From the NCBI GenBank assembly GCA_973851085.1, contig OZ316775.1:16182001-16246000 (forward strand): 64,000 nt of DNA. Direction: 5' to 3'. Shown here piece by piece: positions 37,455 through 52,875 of this stretch. Origin of the DNA: Ptychomitrium polyphyllum (lineage: Eukaryota). A program made the translations under genes and the position numbers. The notes under the pieces are model-generated. The model had not been told where the DNA came from, made no database searches, and worked only from the letters and a program-made list of their open reading frames with translations. The first letter of the stretch is position 1. Each line of letters begins with the position of its first letter.

Positions 37455-39339
37455 TGGTTCGTGGGCAACACGGTCACCGGGTGGCGGTCGGCTCGGTCAA
37501 GGGGAGGGGTTCTGCTGCCGTACGCTTGGGCAAAGTAATCTTTTCTTAAATAGTTCTTTTTGAAACAAATCCATTATTTCCATATGGATCTAATATAGAA
37601 AGAACGTCAAGTAGTGTTAAACAATGCAGTAATTTATTTAACATGATCTCTCTTTGATGTCAATTCTTTTGTGATGCTTCCTATAATTTAATATAATTAA
37701 TTGTAATCATGAGAACTCCATGTTTGGAGGTAGTCCTTCTAATTCGGCTTTCTGGGCCAGATTGCTCTGACTTAGCATGATAATTATAAAATTCGAATTA
37801 ACTATTAGTTCAATAAACAGATGGTCTGTTGCAATTGCAGTTCAAGGATTATTTCCACAATTATAACAGAGTTTTTCAAAGCTTTTTCAAAATTCTTGCA
37901 GGTATTTACAAAGTAGCATCCGAATTTTTATTATTGTACTCCACAAGTTAGTTCGTATGATTTTCCTGTTTTAATTATTTTTGAATCTTCTAACTGATAC
38001 AGATTTTGTTTATTTAACTTTTCTTCAACAATTAAATTTAGAAAGGTTTTTAAATAATCATGAAACAATTAATGCTTATAGGTAGCACAGAACTATATTC
38101 TGAAAATCATGAATTTGATATTTCAATTCAACTGTAGTAAGAAAGTTAAGCAAGCTTAATGAAATCTGTAAAGATGGATAGCCTACTATTGTACATTTTG
38201 CAACTAAAATTTCTTTCCACACAATATACATTCTTACACTTTAGAACTAGATTCTCTGTAATTATGTTTGATGATCACTCTTAAATTAAAATGGTTAGAT
38301 CTAAGCACTTTAACTTTTAAATGTTAATTTATTTATTTGTATGTGCTTTAGTGTTAAAATGGAAATCTTCAAATTAATTAATTTTAGTTACTTGAGATTG
38401 ATTTAAACAATATCTTCAACTAAAATGATGTATTTTAGTGTTTTATATAAAACTCTCAAAACAAAAATAATACAAACACTAAATACACAAGTATTTGATA
38501 TTATTTAAAGCTTACAAAGATTTAAGGACAGGCGGGTGGCTTAATTACCGGAAGTACTTATAAAGACACTAAAGGCAATGTAGATTGCATAAAGGTGGTA
38601 GACTGGAAAAACCAAAAATAATTACAAAGCATCATAATAGAGAAGATTTGCAACACAACAAATATGTTGTGCCTTCTTAATTCCTGCATAGAAAATATGA
38701 ATAGCCAAAAGACAATATGTTCTTATAAAAAAACTACATAACTATTTTATTGCACCAACATGCTCTTGCAAAGATATAAAAACCAAAACATTGTTTTTAT
38801 AATTTAGATCATTTTAAAATTATCTTAATAGAAAATTATGTATTGATGTTATTATCTTCAAATGCAAGAATCATTGTTCTTGCATGATGACTTATTATTA
38901 TTTTGTCTTCTTTATTACTTTGAGTGTTCCAAATTAGTGAAGATCTTCTCATTCTATTATATTTTATGCTTTCTTTGCCAGCCTTGATGCCTTTGCTATT
39001 GCAATTTTTGTTGTTCATTGCACCTTCATGCATTAAGTCCTTCATGCTTGATTGCTTTTCTTGCTCTCACTTTAACTTGTTCAATTATTCTTAATTATTT
39101 CAATTGGTTTGATTTTTCCATCTTTACTATATATTTTTATTTTTAATTTCTATTTTCAAAGTTACATTAAAATTTTTAATTTTATTGTTTTAATTCTACC
39201 ATTCTTTAATTGATTTATTCCTCAGATATATGGCTTTAAAATAAATAATATGGACTTTGAAAAGTCCTAGATTGGACCTTGTCTCTTAATATTTGCTCTT
39301 CAAATTTGAAACAATGAAATAAAATACAACCACTTCATT

Positions 39340-39719
39340 CATTATAATTGAAATAAAAATTAGATATGAAGTGGTTTCCAAGAATTAATATAAAAACTAA
39401 AATAAGGACACAATACAAATATGATCCACAATTTATGTTGGCAAAACTAAAGTATACCTTGACTTACCTCCTATTCATACTATAACACTTGTGTTTCTTA
39501 GGATACTTTTGAAGAAGCTTCATATGAAGCTTAGGAATGTTTTAGAAGTGTATGGTACCTTCATATGAAATTTTTTAAAGAAGTGGAACCTTCCTAAAAA
39601 CTTTCCAAGGAAATGGAATGGCTATGGAAGTATTGGAAGGATTTTAAGAAGCTATTACAATGTATCAAAAGATTTTAGGAGATTTTAAAGACTATGTTGC
39701 ATAATTTATATCTGTAATA
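39340..39719 (-). repeat. Decayed solo LTR related to the 11454-12054 LTR
   Basis: Collinear blocks atgatccacaattt..gttggcaa, cctcctatt.atacta, taggatactt..gaagaagcttc, aagaagctatta and actatgttgcat. No internal domains adjacent. Confidence 0.8.
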
Positions 39720-42144
39720 ATTGGCATTTACAAAATTTATCTTCAATCTTAGTTGTTATGAAATTGGATGCACATTATTCTTTTAGCTGTTTACCATTTT
39801 TTGAAGCTATGTAAGCCCATTCCTCTACTTGTGTATATTTTACTTGTTCTCATGATTCCTATAATTCCTTTGTTTCACTTCAAATACCTTATAGAATATT
39901 TTATGTGATTCCAAATGTTTATTTGTTACTTGGATCTATGGAAAAAGCCTAATATTACTAAATGCTTCTGTGATGATTTGTGCAAATTGCAAAAACTCCA
40001 AAAATCCTAATATTTGTTGAAATACTATTTAACTAGTTTGAAAATGCATACAACCAAAGAAAGGAAGGCATGCAAAGTATGGGATGAAAAATTATAAAAT
40101 CTAATTGAAGAGCCTTGTTATTTAATAAACCACTTCTCCTTGGACATGATTATTATAGTTGTCTATGACAAGCAAATATTATTGTCCTAAAAAAAATTTG
40201 AACAAGCTGCAATTAAATTCAATAAAATACAAAACCCAAGTGTTGAAAAGGTATGATGTCATCCATGCCTTGGGCTACATTGCCACAAAGGCCTTAAACT
40301 GGCATCTTTAAATATAATATTGTCTACACTATTTAATTTGGAAGATATAAAATAAAGGACATACAAACCTAGCAACATGTTGATGCAGATGCAGACCAAA
40401 ATTGACAATTACACTTATAATTTAGAACATTAAAGTGAACGTCCTGCACACCTGCACACCTCTCCTTTAGACCACAAGTCCTATATTCTTCCATACTTGT
40501 GCATTCGACTAATTACAATGTGGAATTTTAATGGATGTATATCTAATAATGCTGCGTTGTGAATGCGATGCAAAGAGTCTTGAACACTGTGAAGCGGGAT
40601 GTGCATTCATCAACATTAGTGGGCCATTTAGCAGTAACCAAACCACATTCTAATGCTTCTGAAGTTAGCAAACTGCTTCCACGCCGTTGTCATTACTGCG
40701 AAGAGACTCGTTCTTTTTAAATTGTACCCGCCGACTGCTTCAGAGATTTGAGGATCGCTAAGCTGTCATGCACGGAACATTCAGCGTGTCGTCTTGAAAT
40801 AAAACCACAGCAGTGGATGCGGCTTCTTGCGGTTGATTGGATGGTCTCGAGAATGGTTGTGGGAATTCATGGTATTCGGTCATCCTACCTTACGCTGGTT
40901 TGTAGACTTCATCAAAGAAAATGTACGCGCACGGTACGAAATGTCAATGATTTGCAGCTCAGTGAAGACTTTAGGTCTGACCTCCTAACTAACTTACGAA
41001 GAAACTATGTCTTGATCCAATGAACGCACACCGTAACCCGTCGCTGGCCCACAACCCGACCCCATATCTACCATTAACGTACATTCGTAAAAACTAAGTA
41101 TTCAAAAAGCGCGTAGACTGTTTGAGGTCTTAGAAACAGTAACTGGCCGTCTTTGTACATGATTTGGACGACATCTACGCTTTCTGGAGATATACTGAAC
41201 ATATTGTACGCCTTCGGTAGATGATATGTCGGTTCTAGGTGCAGCGACTGTTTTCAGTGCGCATCGCGAAAGCTGGTTTCCGTCGGCCTGATTCCGTCCA
41301 CAATGGTTAACGAAATTCCGTCGCGTGGACGTCAAGCTCCGTCGCACTCCTAGAGAGAGAAATTGAAGCAAATTTGAACTCGCCTTGCCCGCGCTCTCTC
41401 GCAGACGCGCTCACACGCGCCGTTTGCGGCGTCCGTGGCCGGATCCGAGCGCATGAACAGTCAGAGTGGAATGTTGAGTTTTGAATGATTCCTTTGTTCG
41501 TGGCCGTTGTAGCCAGTGTGTCGGGGGGAGGTACGATCACGCCACACGAGCCCGGAGGCCGCGAGCTCCAGGCTCTTTCTTGCAATGACCATGAGGAGTT
41601 TCTGCTGAGATGGAGTGTAAGTGATCGGAGTGAGTTGAAGGACGTTGCGCCATGCTGCTGTGGTTGAAGGACGAGACGCGACTCTGTTGTTGCGAGTGCG
41701 TCGTGATTGATCTTCACTTTCTTGATTTCTCTAGGTTTTCCGTGTTCTTTTAGTTGCGAGGTCGAGGACTGCTGGTGGAGCTTGGATTGGCAGGGGAGTG
41801 GTGATGTCAAGAATGCGTTCGTTTCGTTGCTGTGGAGGCGACCTCGGGGGAGCACTTGAGTTTTTTGACCAAAGTATTCTCTTGCTGGAGTAGAAAGTTA
41901 GGTTACTTGTGGTGTACCGTAACTTTACAAGAAGTTTATTGCCACAATTTATTTCGGGGAGAGGGATTTTGGTGTTCTTTGTGATCTGTTGCTTTGCCTT
42001 GCCCGGGGTTTGGAGCTTCGTTGGAATCTCAAGCAGAATCGGTTTCGTTTCTGCGTGTGGAAGCTCGCTGGCGGGCGAGGAAGATCAGGATTGGAATTCT
42101 GTTCTTGCGTCTGCGTTTTACGGTGGAGTAGTGGTGCGAGGGAA

Positions 42145-45100
42145 ATGGGGGATACAGGAGGTGTGCGACACTCGTGGGGCTGGGGACTGCCATCATACAG
42201 GGAGTACGACATTGAGGATGAGTCGACTAGGCATGAGGCGCCGGTGTTTGTGCCGCAGTCTCCCTCTATGGCCGGGAGAGGGCCGCAGTCTTCTTCTCTG
42301 TTAGGAAGACGGCATTCTATGTCTGCCGCGCATGTGCCCGACACTCCTGTGCAGAGGACTTTGCAGTCTCCAGCATTTGTCAGCAAGTTTTTGAAAGTGA
42401 AGGACCGCATCTTTGTGAGTGTCAGAACATGCCCTCGATTTGTTTAGTTTTCCCTCGAATGCATGATTTGATTAGAACGTTGCACAATTATCATATCAGA
42501 GCATTGATCGCATGAATGTTACCCTATTTTCACTGGATCGCAAGTAATCACTGGGATACGTACTCAACACAGCTACAGAGCGGAAAATTGGATACATACT
42601 CGGTTCAGGGTTGTGAATAAAGGGGTGGAATGGCGACCGAGATGTTTTTGCATAGTGGACTAGACAGTCTGAGGAGGCAACTTTGTTATGCTCCACACTG
42701 AACTAAATGATAGGCTCAACGAAGACTCGAAGTCAAGTAATGTACCACTACACCAGGCGATGAGAATGAGCTTCTTATTATACTTTTGCCTCGAAAGTGT
42801 ATCGAACGTAATTGCTTTTTTGTATAGAGTTTGAAGCAGTTGTAGAGAAGTTTTCATATTATCATATTCGATATTTTAGTTCCTAAAAATCCTGGGATAG
42901 AGAGGGACAGCAGCATGTAACTGCTAAAGAGTTTATCCAATGGCACGAAGAAATCTTCAGATCTCTCTTCTGACAAGGAGTCTTTGTCTGATCCTCTTTG
43001 TTACTAGTACTCCCAAATCTTTCTGAGATGTTGATAATCCACTTGTGTCCACAGAGTGCACGGGAGGATTGCTTAGAGCTCCGGCAAGAAGCTAGTGACT
43101 TACAAGAGTATTCAAACGCTAAAATCGAACGGGTGACTCGATATTTGGGAGTTCTTGCTGAGAAAGCTCGCCGCTTAGGTGACTGTTTTCTGCCTTCGTT
43201 TTTCGTATAAGATTCTCGTTAAAACATGGCTTAGGCCCATGTCGCTGACACACTTGTAATCTTAAGTGCAGTGAACCATGGGTGTAACCTCATTGGCTGA
43301 ATTTATGATATACTTAATTAGCAAATGAATTTGTCAGTGGAAAAATTAGCAATCTCTGAGGGGGAGACTATAGAAGAAGGCCTGTTGAGGTCTGGAGTAT
43401 TGAAGAATGAGTAATACGCTGGTTGCTGGTATACTCATTGACTGAATTTATGCTAGGTTCTACCATTTATAGGTAGGAGTTGTTTGATGCGTGAAATTAT
43501 GTAATGTTTTCTGATGTATGAGGCTGATTCTCAGTTGTGCTTAGTCTCTTTAGGGATTACTTGTTATAGTAATGTTCTATGTTGTTGTTGCCATTGACAC
43601 TTGGATATTACGTCTTTCGCAGATGAGGTAGCTTTGAATTCAGAGTCCCGAGTAACTCCTTTGAAAAAAGAAAAGAAGAAGCTTTTCAATGACCTTGTCT
43701 CAGCAAAAGGTAATACGCTGGTTGCTTCCACTGAAAGTTGCTCAGATGGTTGGTTAGACATGAGTCTCCTTAGACTCTTACCTTGCTGTATAGCTAACCG
43801 TGGATTATTTATTTCTCTATGCGACGATATAGTACGATGCAGTAGATAATGGTTTCCATTTTGTCACTTGAATTGTAAGATACTTAAACATATTCTTGGT
43901 TGCAGGAAACGTTAGAGTTTATTGTCGAGCAAGACCACAGTTCGAGGATGAAGGTCCTACTTCTACATCTTATCCTGACGACTTTACGCTTCGTCTTAAT
44001 TCTAATGTTACGGCTGCTTCGAATAAAGATTTCGAGTTGGATCGCATCTTTGGTCCACACATTTCTCAAGGTTCCTCTTCTACTCATCATGTCATTTACT
44101 CGCCATACAATTCTCAGGGACGGCAATAGAGTGACTTTATTATTTGGGAGAGAAAGAAATTTGGGGTGTGGGATTGGAATTACTGCTAGTCTCATGACAG
44201 AAGCTTGAATTAACCTCATCCAGAATGTTGTCCTTCTTAAGGTGTCATGAATGACAGATTTTCAAATTAGTATTGTGATATTCTGAGAACAACAGTTGCC
44301 ATTCTTCTTTACAGGCAGTATTTTCCAGGACATCCAGCCTCTTGTCCAGTCTGCGCTCGATGGTTACAATGTGTCCATCTTTGCTTATGGCCAAACAGGA
44401 TCAGGAAAAACTTACACCATGGTATGTCTACTTAGCACCTCTAGTTGGTTTTCTGTTTGTAACGTGGTAATTCACAGTACCATGTTTGGGGTAATTGCTG
44501 TTGTGACTGTTTTGGCAACAGGAAGGCTGTTATGGGCTTTAATAGTCACTTAGAGGTTATAAAATTGCTTTCCTTGGAGAGCTTTTAAGCCGCTTGTTCC
44601 AAATGAATGTGCCTCAAATTCGTCTGGATTTGATCGCATCTTGCTTTTCAGTCTTTAACGTTTGAATAAGAATTTGACACCACGAGATTTTACACTCACA
44701 TGGTATTTGTTTTTGCTTCAATACTGTTGGTTTTTACGTCATGTTCCTATTGTAGGGATTTCTTTAGTCTCAATTAATTCTGCATCGATGAAGTATATTC
44801 ATGTTCATGCTGCATATTAAATTCACTTGAGATCTTTCTCTTTAGCGTCGGTTATTAATTCGTGAAAGTGTTCGTTGAGGTGGGAAACTTAGGAATGTTG
44901 GGGTAATAGTTAGGTCAAGTAGTTATTTAAATGATCAATGACTGCGTTTTCAGATGCCAATTCAAGTTTGGATAATATTTTTCAGATTAGAGTGTCCTTG
45001 GAATCAATTTCTCGTTGCTCGCATGATGGCCCACATGAGTTGGGACTTTGGTACAGGAAGGGCCCAGTCATGACCGGGGTTTGTACTATCGAACTGTAAA

Positions 45101-48100
45101 AGAGCTGTTTGATCTGGTTAATGCTGAGGCAACACCAACTTCGAGGACGTCATTCTTTGTCACAATGTTTGACCTTTACAATGAACAGGTAAGTGAACTG
45201 ATACCAAGGGTATATCTTTGACAGTCTTGATTGTTGGCAGTTCTTTTTGATGCTTGTATACAGAATAACACTAGCCTTTTGTAAGCTGGGAGGTTTTGCT
45301 AACAACTTATTAAAAATTTGATGTCTTCTATGTTATGCTTTTGGCAGGTTCGGGATCTTCTTAAGGTCTCAGACAATAGGGGTGCCTCGACAGTTATGTT
45401 TGGAGAAGCAGGGCATGATGTGGAGCTGGTGGATGAGTGCATAGATAGTCCATCTGGATTTACTCGAGTTTTCAAATTTGGCAGTCAGATGCGAGCAAAC
45501 GTGGATGGATTAAAATCTGATCGTAGCAGCCGCTCACACTTGTATGTTCCTTAAATACAGTATCCGTTTTCTTTGAGTTAGCTGGTCTTTTCCAAATTTA
45601 ATGTCTTGATGAGTTTTGCTTGGGCCTTTACGGATTAAAAGTTGTAAAAGCACCATTGTACCTCTGCGTAGACCTGTTGATTCGGTGGATTGGACACAGC
45701 TGGATCAGTACTGAGGGGTTTTAGTGAAAGGGCTCCTGATACCTATGGTGGGCTGTTTAGGGTGGTGACAGTTCATATTCACACCTCAGATTCTTTAACT
45801 GGGGAGGAGCAGTACAGTAAGCTGTCTATGGTGGATTTGGCTGGTAGTGAGCGCCTTAGTAAGGCAGAAGCTAATGGAGATCGCCTAACAGAGTCATTGC
45901 ATTTAAACAAATCTTTATCTGCGTAAGTCTCAGCTGGCTTGAAATGATGACTGCAATTTGCAGAAGTTATCTTTTCTCATCCAGACCATTACCTTTCGTG
46001 AGGACGTGCAACCTCTAACCCATAATTGAGCCGTTTAGTTCTGTAATTATTTCGTTCTTTCCTAATGCTTCTGAGTCGATTGTTGCCTTGGATCGCTTTT
46101 TTATTCAATAGTCAGACGCAATATCAAGTTGGATTGAGTCTTTTTCATGTATCCTACTGATTGTGATCATGATTGACGATGTATTATCTACTATGAAAAA
46201 ACACATATAGTTTCAAAAGCGAGCATTATTTGTTTTCTACAGCTACTGATATGAAAATCCCCGTGCAGTCTGGGTGATGTTTTTTCAGCTCTAAGTGGAA
46301 AGAAAGAGAATATTCCTTATGATCATTCGAAGCTGACATGGCTTCTTGCTGATTCACTTGGTAAGTTCATTTGGGTCAGCATCTCTGGTACTGTTGCAAT
46401 TGGGCCTTTTGTTGTAGTATTATCTATCCATATCTATTGGTACGACATGCAGTACGCCAACCTTCTTGATGTGTTTGGATTTTTAGAGTAGTTTGGTTAT
46501 AGGTATTTTAAATTCAAATCAACGAAGTTGATTTCTACATTATACGGGATGATAGTTACAGGATGATAGAGTACTTTTCTGCATGTTCAGTTTTAATTTA
46601 GTACCGTTCTTTTTTCTGCAGGAGGGGATTCTAAGGCAGTTCTTATTGTGAATGTTAGTCCTAGCAACGGTGATATACAAGAAACTGTTGCAACTTTGAA
46701 TTTTGCTTCTCGTGCTCGGAATGCGGAAATCAGTCTTGGTAATCGGGACACAATTAAGAAGTGGAGGGACATGGTAAATTTTTGACCTTGATGAACCTCT
46801 TAATATGATTTTCTTAGGCATATGTACCCCTTTGCTAACTTGTGTTCGTTTATGATGCTTTCAACGTGGTCTCACATTGTAATCTTATAGGCGGGATCTT
46901 TGAGACCAGTCGTAAACTCGTATCCACTGTTGAGGATTTGATCGATGTCACTTTAGTCGTGATGATTAGAGAAGCAGCTCTTTCTAGTGTCTTCGTTTTT
47001 GCATGTCTTATAAATAGTGTTTCCTAGGATTAATTGTCATAGAAGATTTCGTGATGTATATTGTAGGTTCTGTAGGATGTGGTCGCTGCTTACTAGATTT
47101 CACGTATGGTGGTTAGGCAGGTGAAGCTCATAAAGAATTATACGAGAAGGAAAAGGAGGCAACAGAGGCCCAAGGAGAAGTGATGCGTTTGAAATGTGCA
47201 TTGAAGGAAGCAGATGATCAGTGTCTACTTTTATTTGGTGAGGTTCAAAAAGCATGGAAGTTGGCAAGCTCTTTACAAGCTGATCTCACTAGCCACGAAT
47301 CATATATCAATAAACTGCAGGTACTCCAATTTTTGGTTTATTCGCTTCTCATGTTCGTTAGTTTATGGAAAGATTTTAACAGAAAAAAAATTTAGCTTCA
47401 GCTTTGTTTCTTTTATTTGCTTTTTATTGGCAGGTAGAGAACAACAGTCTGAGCGAACAGGAAAGCAGGGACAAAGATCAATATGCAAACCTGAACTCGC
47501 AGTTAGCAGTGTTCATAACACGAGAAGAGCAGTATCAGTCACAACTGATCGAGCGTGAAGCAAGAATAGAAGCACTTGAAGTGAGTCGTGACTTGTTCTG
47601 CATAAGCGTAATTGTCTACTTGTCAGCATCTATTATATAAGAGCGCTACAAGCAGTCAGAATGCTATCTAGGATACCTTTAAGAGCAACGCAGTTCAGAA
47701 ATCCCTGTTTTAAATTTATGTGGAAATAAGTTTATTTGATGTAGTGAGGTGTCGACTTTGAGGAGCCTGTTCCAATTGGCTGCTTGACTGTGGAGGAGCT
47801 TAGCTAATCTAACAAGACTTATAGTCATTCACTTCTTGGCTTCAAAGAGACTGTTTTGTCGTGAAGATTTCAATCACAACCTACGGCTTGACATGCGCAA
47901 TGGGGGTCAGGTTAGGGTGCAAGTGTTGGAGCAGCAATTAAATGAAGCCAGAATGGCTGCAGCAAGATCTCTGCCTGCTAGCCAAGATAATTCAGCAGAG
48001 CTCCAGAGGATGCGTGAAGAGATCGAAAATTGCCTTGATATTAATCAAAGACTTGAAGAGGAGTTATCAAAGCGAGATGAGCTTATTGAGGTCTGATTAT

Positions 48101-51100
48101 TGAACTCGATGACATGAAACCTTTATCTCTGATCAATTTCTTATGCAAGAAAAAAGCATGCCTTTTGGTTTAGTCTACTTAATATCTTGATCTTCAATGT
48201 TGAGCATGAGTCTTGAAATTCCTTGACCGACTTTCTTCTTTGTGCTTGACATTTCAGAGGTTACATCAAGAGAATGAGAATCTCTTTGAGCGACTTACAG
48301 ATAGGACTGGGATAGTGGGCCCACCAAGGGTTTCAGCCTCTCCAAAGGTGCCACATTATTTCACTAAATAAAGTTCGCATGATGTACAAAACATAGTGAT
48401 TTATATTGTAATAGGGTGTTCCAGTAGGATTTCTAGTGTCGTACATAGTTTCTGTTCAAAGTGCTACATGGGAAGAAATTTTTGCACAAATCCGCTAATT
48501 TTCATCATAGTTTTCAGTTCATAACCTTCCTCCAAGAGGTGTTTCTGGGAATGGTGTCTTTCCAAATTTTCTTGAAATAGTTGTTTCCAGTTTCATTGTT
48601 TCCAAAATATTAGCGTAGTCATCTGTGGGAGTTACACTAATCAACCTTGAGCATTTTCATTTAGATTCCACGTCCGAAGGTAAGGGCTATGGAGGATCTC
48701 AACTTGGACGGTGGCTTTCTCAGGTTTGTGTAGTCCGATTATCAATGTGAACTTTCAACACGTGCAAAGTTTAAGCCGGTATCCAGTTATGTTTTCAATG
48801 AACATCACTATCATTTGCTTGAACTAACATGAATTTTTTTGACGTTCTGCTTTGTGGAAGTGGTGGTGACATGCCAGCTTCCCCGGACATCCGATCGTCC
48901 AGTAGCATGATGAATTTATCAGCTGGCCCACAATCACCCCTTGGAGGTGGTGTTGCATTTTTGAAGTATGGGTCAGGGGAGCAGGCGAAGACAACGCCAG
49001 CTGGGGAATATTTGACAGCTGCTTTGATGGACTTCAACCCAGATCAATATGCGAGCGATGCAGCAATTGCTGACGGTGCCAATAAGCTTCTGATGCTGGT
49101 ATTGCTACTGTTGTCAACGTTGAAGGCATCTATATATTATTCGTATAAAGGACTTTTTAAGTTACTCTATATCTAGTTCTTAAAAATCACATATACATGT
49201 AGTCCCGGGTTGTCATGACTGAATTCAACTGTCATTTCATTGTTGAATTCAACCGTCTTGGGTCAATATCTTGTAACATCTAGGCTGCTGTTTGTTCTCA
49301 AATTCTTTCACCCTAGATTACTAAGCATTGAGTAATTGTAGAACCTGCACTGAATGTATTATTGGGACAATGTTATTGTTGTTTGCAGGTTTTAGCAGCT
49401 GTAGTAAAGGCTGGAGCATCCCGTGAGCATGAGATGCTGGCAGAAATTCAAGGAGCTGTGTTTGCCTTCATACGTAAGATGGAGAATCGAACAACAATGG
49501 ACACCATGCTCGTTTCACGTGTGCGAATTCTATACATTCGCTCACTTCTCTCCAGGGCACCAGAGCTACAATCTTTGAAGGTTTGTAATCAAGAGGTTGT
49601 AAACTTTTTATAGATTTGTGAGCTTATGAGTTTAGGTTGCATTAGGCTGCATGTTGAAAATGAGTTTTCAAGCAACAATTAATTAGCGGTATTAGAGCAA
49701 TCGTTTGTAGGCAGTCCTAGGTGAAAGACCTTCATTTATCTTGGTAGCTCTCTTAGTGTTGAATTCTGGAAAATAGAATTTATGACTCAGCTTTATGTCA
49801 CGAGTAACGGGGTTATGAGAAATGGATATAATACACTATTATGATTTTAACCGACAGATAAACCTTCAAACGAGGCGATTAGTTGTCTTGATACCTAGAC
49901 TTTTATGCACTCAAATACATAAATCCATTCGTATCACTTTGCCCAACAATGTTGCATTACTGTACTTCATGATGTCCTTCCGAAATCTAATGTCGCTTCT
50001 TATATGTCATGACTTTTTATAGGTGCCGCCTGTAGAACGCTTCCTGGCAAAAGCAGGATCAGGATCTACAAGTGGGCGTACCAGCCGTACTTCAAGCCTT
50101 GGAAGTAGTCCACAGGGGTCGCCTGGTCATCGGAGAACCGGAGATGATTATGGGCACGGATTTAGAATTAATATAAAACAAGAAAAACGTTCCAAGTTTT
50201 CTTCCATCTTCTCAAAGCTTAGGGGAAGTGACCAGGTTTGAATTTGACTTGATCCTCAAACCTGTAACTTACAATTATGGTATTCTTAGGTACACTTATT
50301 CAGCTTGTGCAGTATTAAAAGTTTGAATTTATCAAATGACCGAGTCTTTCAATCCTTGGAGTATGTTACAAGCTAAATCGACTTCAATTATGTCAATTGT
50401 TGAGGGTTTTTGTCATGATTATGTTTTTGATAGAGCAGTCTGTTGATTTAGCTGATTCCTATCCAACCCAATCTTCATTACTGTAATTAAAACCAATTTT
50501 ACTGTCGCCATAGGAAAGTGGGCGGCAACATGTGTCGGAAGCCAAGTTGAAAGAAACAACAGAAGAAGCACGCGCTTTTGCAATTGGAAACACGTCACTT
50601 GCCTCACTCTTTGTGCATACTCCAGCAGGTAAGACAGTTTCTTTCCTATCAGGTAATGAAATTGTTTACTCTTGCCTGCTCTGTATTTTTATTAATTCCT
50701 TGGTGAAACACCTTGATTCTATGCGATTTATATGGCTAGTTTGGGCCAATTTCTCAAAATTCCCATTCCAGGCATAGATTTATGCTCAAGCAATTTAAGT
50801 TCTTCGGCTCGAACTGGACATTTAGAACTTAATTCTGTTACTACAGGGGAGCTACGGCGTCAGATTCGAGGGTGGCTTGCTGAGAACTTTGACTTCTTGT
50901 CGCTGACTGGTGGAGAATCAATGGGTGGGGTGTCAAGCTATTTGGAGCTTCTCTCTACAGCCGTTCTAGATGGTTGGATGTCTGGTCTTGGGGTTCCATC
51001 ACAGCCAAGTACTGATGCCTTGGGCCAACTCCTTTCTGAATATACTAAGATGGTCTACTTGCGTCTGCTCCAGCACTTGAAGGTAAGTGATCATTTTTCT

Positions 51101-52875
51101 CAGTCATGTTTACAAATAATGGCAAAATATAACTAACTTTTTGCCGTTTGTATGATGCAACCTATAATGCACGTGTCAATTTATACTCTCTAGGCAGACA
51201 TAGCTTTTGCAACAATTTTCTATTATCAATCACTCTCGATCAACTAGATACGGATCCGTCCTCCTAAGATATGCTTGTGGATGTCGCCAGGATGTGGCAG
51301 CTACATTGGCAACCGAGGAAGCAGAGGATGCGGATCAAGTTAGTAAGCTACGGTCAGCGTTAGAATCTGTTGAGCACAAACGTCGCAAGGTCAGCTGCAA
51401 ACAATCTTGTATTACTGTATTTTGGAGCTGGCAGAGGAGGCAGAAAGATTGGATTTTTGATTGTTGCACCTCACCGCTTATGCGTCGGTGTATTGATTCG
51501 ATTCTTGTTGTAGAGTGACTGCTTTGCTGCACAATTAATTTGCGATTGAGATCCTAGGTAGGAGGTACCCCTACAAATAACTGCTAATTGTTAAGCCAGG
51601 TTCTCAGAAGATTGAATTGCATGGTTTGTACTTCGGGGTTAGTTGGCTGTTGTATTCAAGTGCAAGCGATGAGTTGGGAAAAATGTGGGTTTCTTATATC
51701 TTGTGTTTGCTTGGGCAGGTCTTAATGCAGATGCGTAGCAACGTGGCTCTTCTGACGGAGGTTGGTATTTCACCAAGTCGGAATCCATCTATGGATACTG
51801 AAGGTGCTCGAGTTGCATCACTTATATCCCTTGAGGATATTTTTAAGCAAGCCGAGGTACATTGGTGTTCTACGCCTACAGTATATCTCGGTTGTGATCA
51901 TCTAATTTACACAAGTGGTAGCGTCATGGAAACTTCTGCAGTGTTTCTTATTTATGATATCTAATATATTTACGTTTGTTGGCGATGTTATTCAGGCGAT
52001 TTGCAAAGATGCCGCTCAAAACGGAACTACTGCAAATAAAAAATTGAGTTATTTGAGGCATCTTAATGCTCTTGAGGAACGCGTGAACACACTCCTCTTC
52101 ATCGACCAACCCTGTGCTAAAAAATGTATCCTGGACACAAGAAAATTTATTGAAGTAAGTATTGTCACATCCAATAGGAGGAGCTTGACTATGCATGTTT
52201 ATTAGCCTCTGTCGAAATGCTTCTCAATCGTTGATGGTTTCATGTGAATGCGTAAAATCTTTAAATAGGTTATTCTGGAAACAACGGACATCAGAAGGGA
52301 GGGTATTATTGCAGGCGTAGTTAAATTTTGCCTTATTGTGTATTCCTCTAATGTATAAAGTACTAATTGTCAATAAAATATTCTGTACTGTGCAGTCATT
52401 CGAAGAGCATCAAGAGGTCCCTGATATGCCGCATACAAGCTCTTGCGCAATGGACGGTATAATTACATCCAGCGATTTTGCTCACTGGAACGAAAGAAGG
52501 AGTAACGGAGTTGACGGTGAAGTCATTCAATGGAGCGTCTTACAATTCAACAACGGGTCTGCAACCCCATTTGTGATCAAGTGTGGGGCTACATCAAATC
52601 TGGAACTTGTTGTGAAAGCGCAGGCTAAAATGCAAGAAGTTAATGGCAAAGAGATCGTTGCAGTTGTTCCTATACCTGCTGCTCTTGGTGGTTTATCAGT
52701 GGAGGAAATTCGGCAGGCTATATCCCACCTTCCAGAGTCATTTCACCAGTTGGCTATGGCTAAGTCAGCTGATGGCACAAGGGCACGTTACACAAGGTTA
52801 TACAAGACACTTGCTGTCAGAGTTCCATCGTTGAAACATGCGGTGGAGGATTTCGAGGAATCTGTATCGAAGTAA
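42145..52875 (+). CDS. KAC: Kinesin-14 of the KAC/KCA type (chloroplast positioning), about 20 exons
   Basis: [34 protein letters not shown], neck [10 protein letters not shown]-loop [15 protein letters not shown], and KAC-type tail motifs [48 protein letters not shown] and [14 protein letters not shown] at 42145. Confidence 0.94.

Noticed and set aside
41102..42410. Several 90-180 aa ORFs upstream of or antisense to KAC
   Set aside because: No domain signal; consistent with a GC-rich promoter, 5' UTR and antisense frames.
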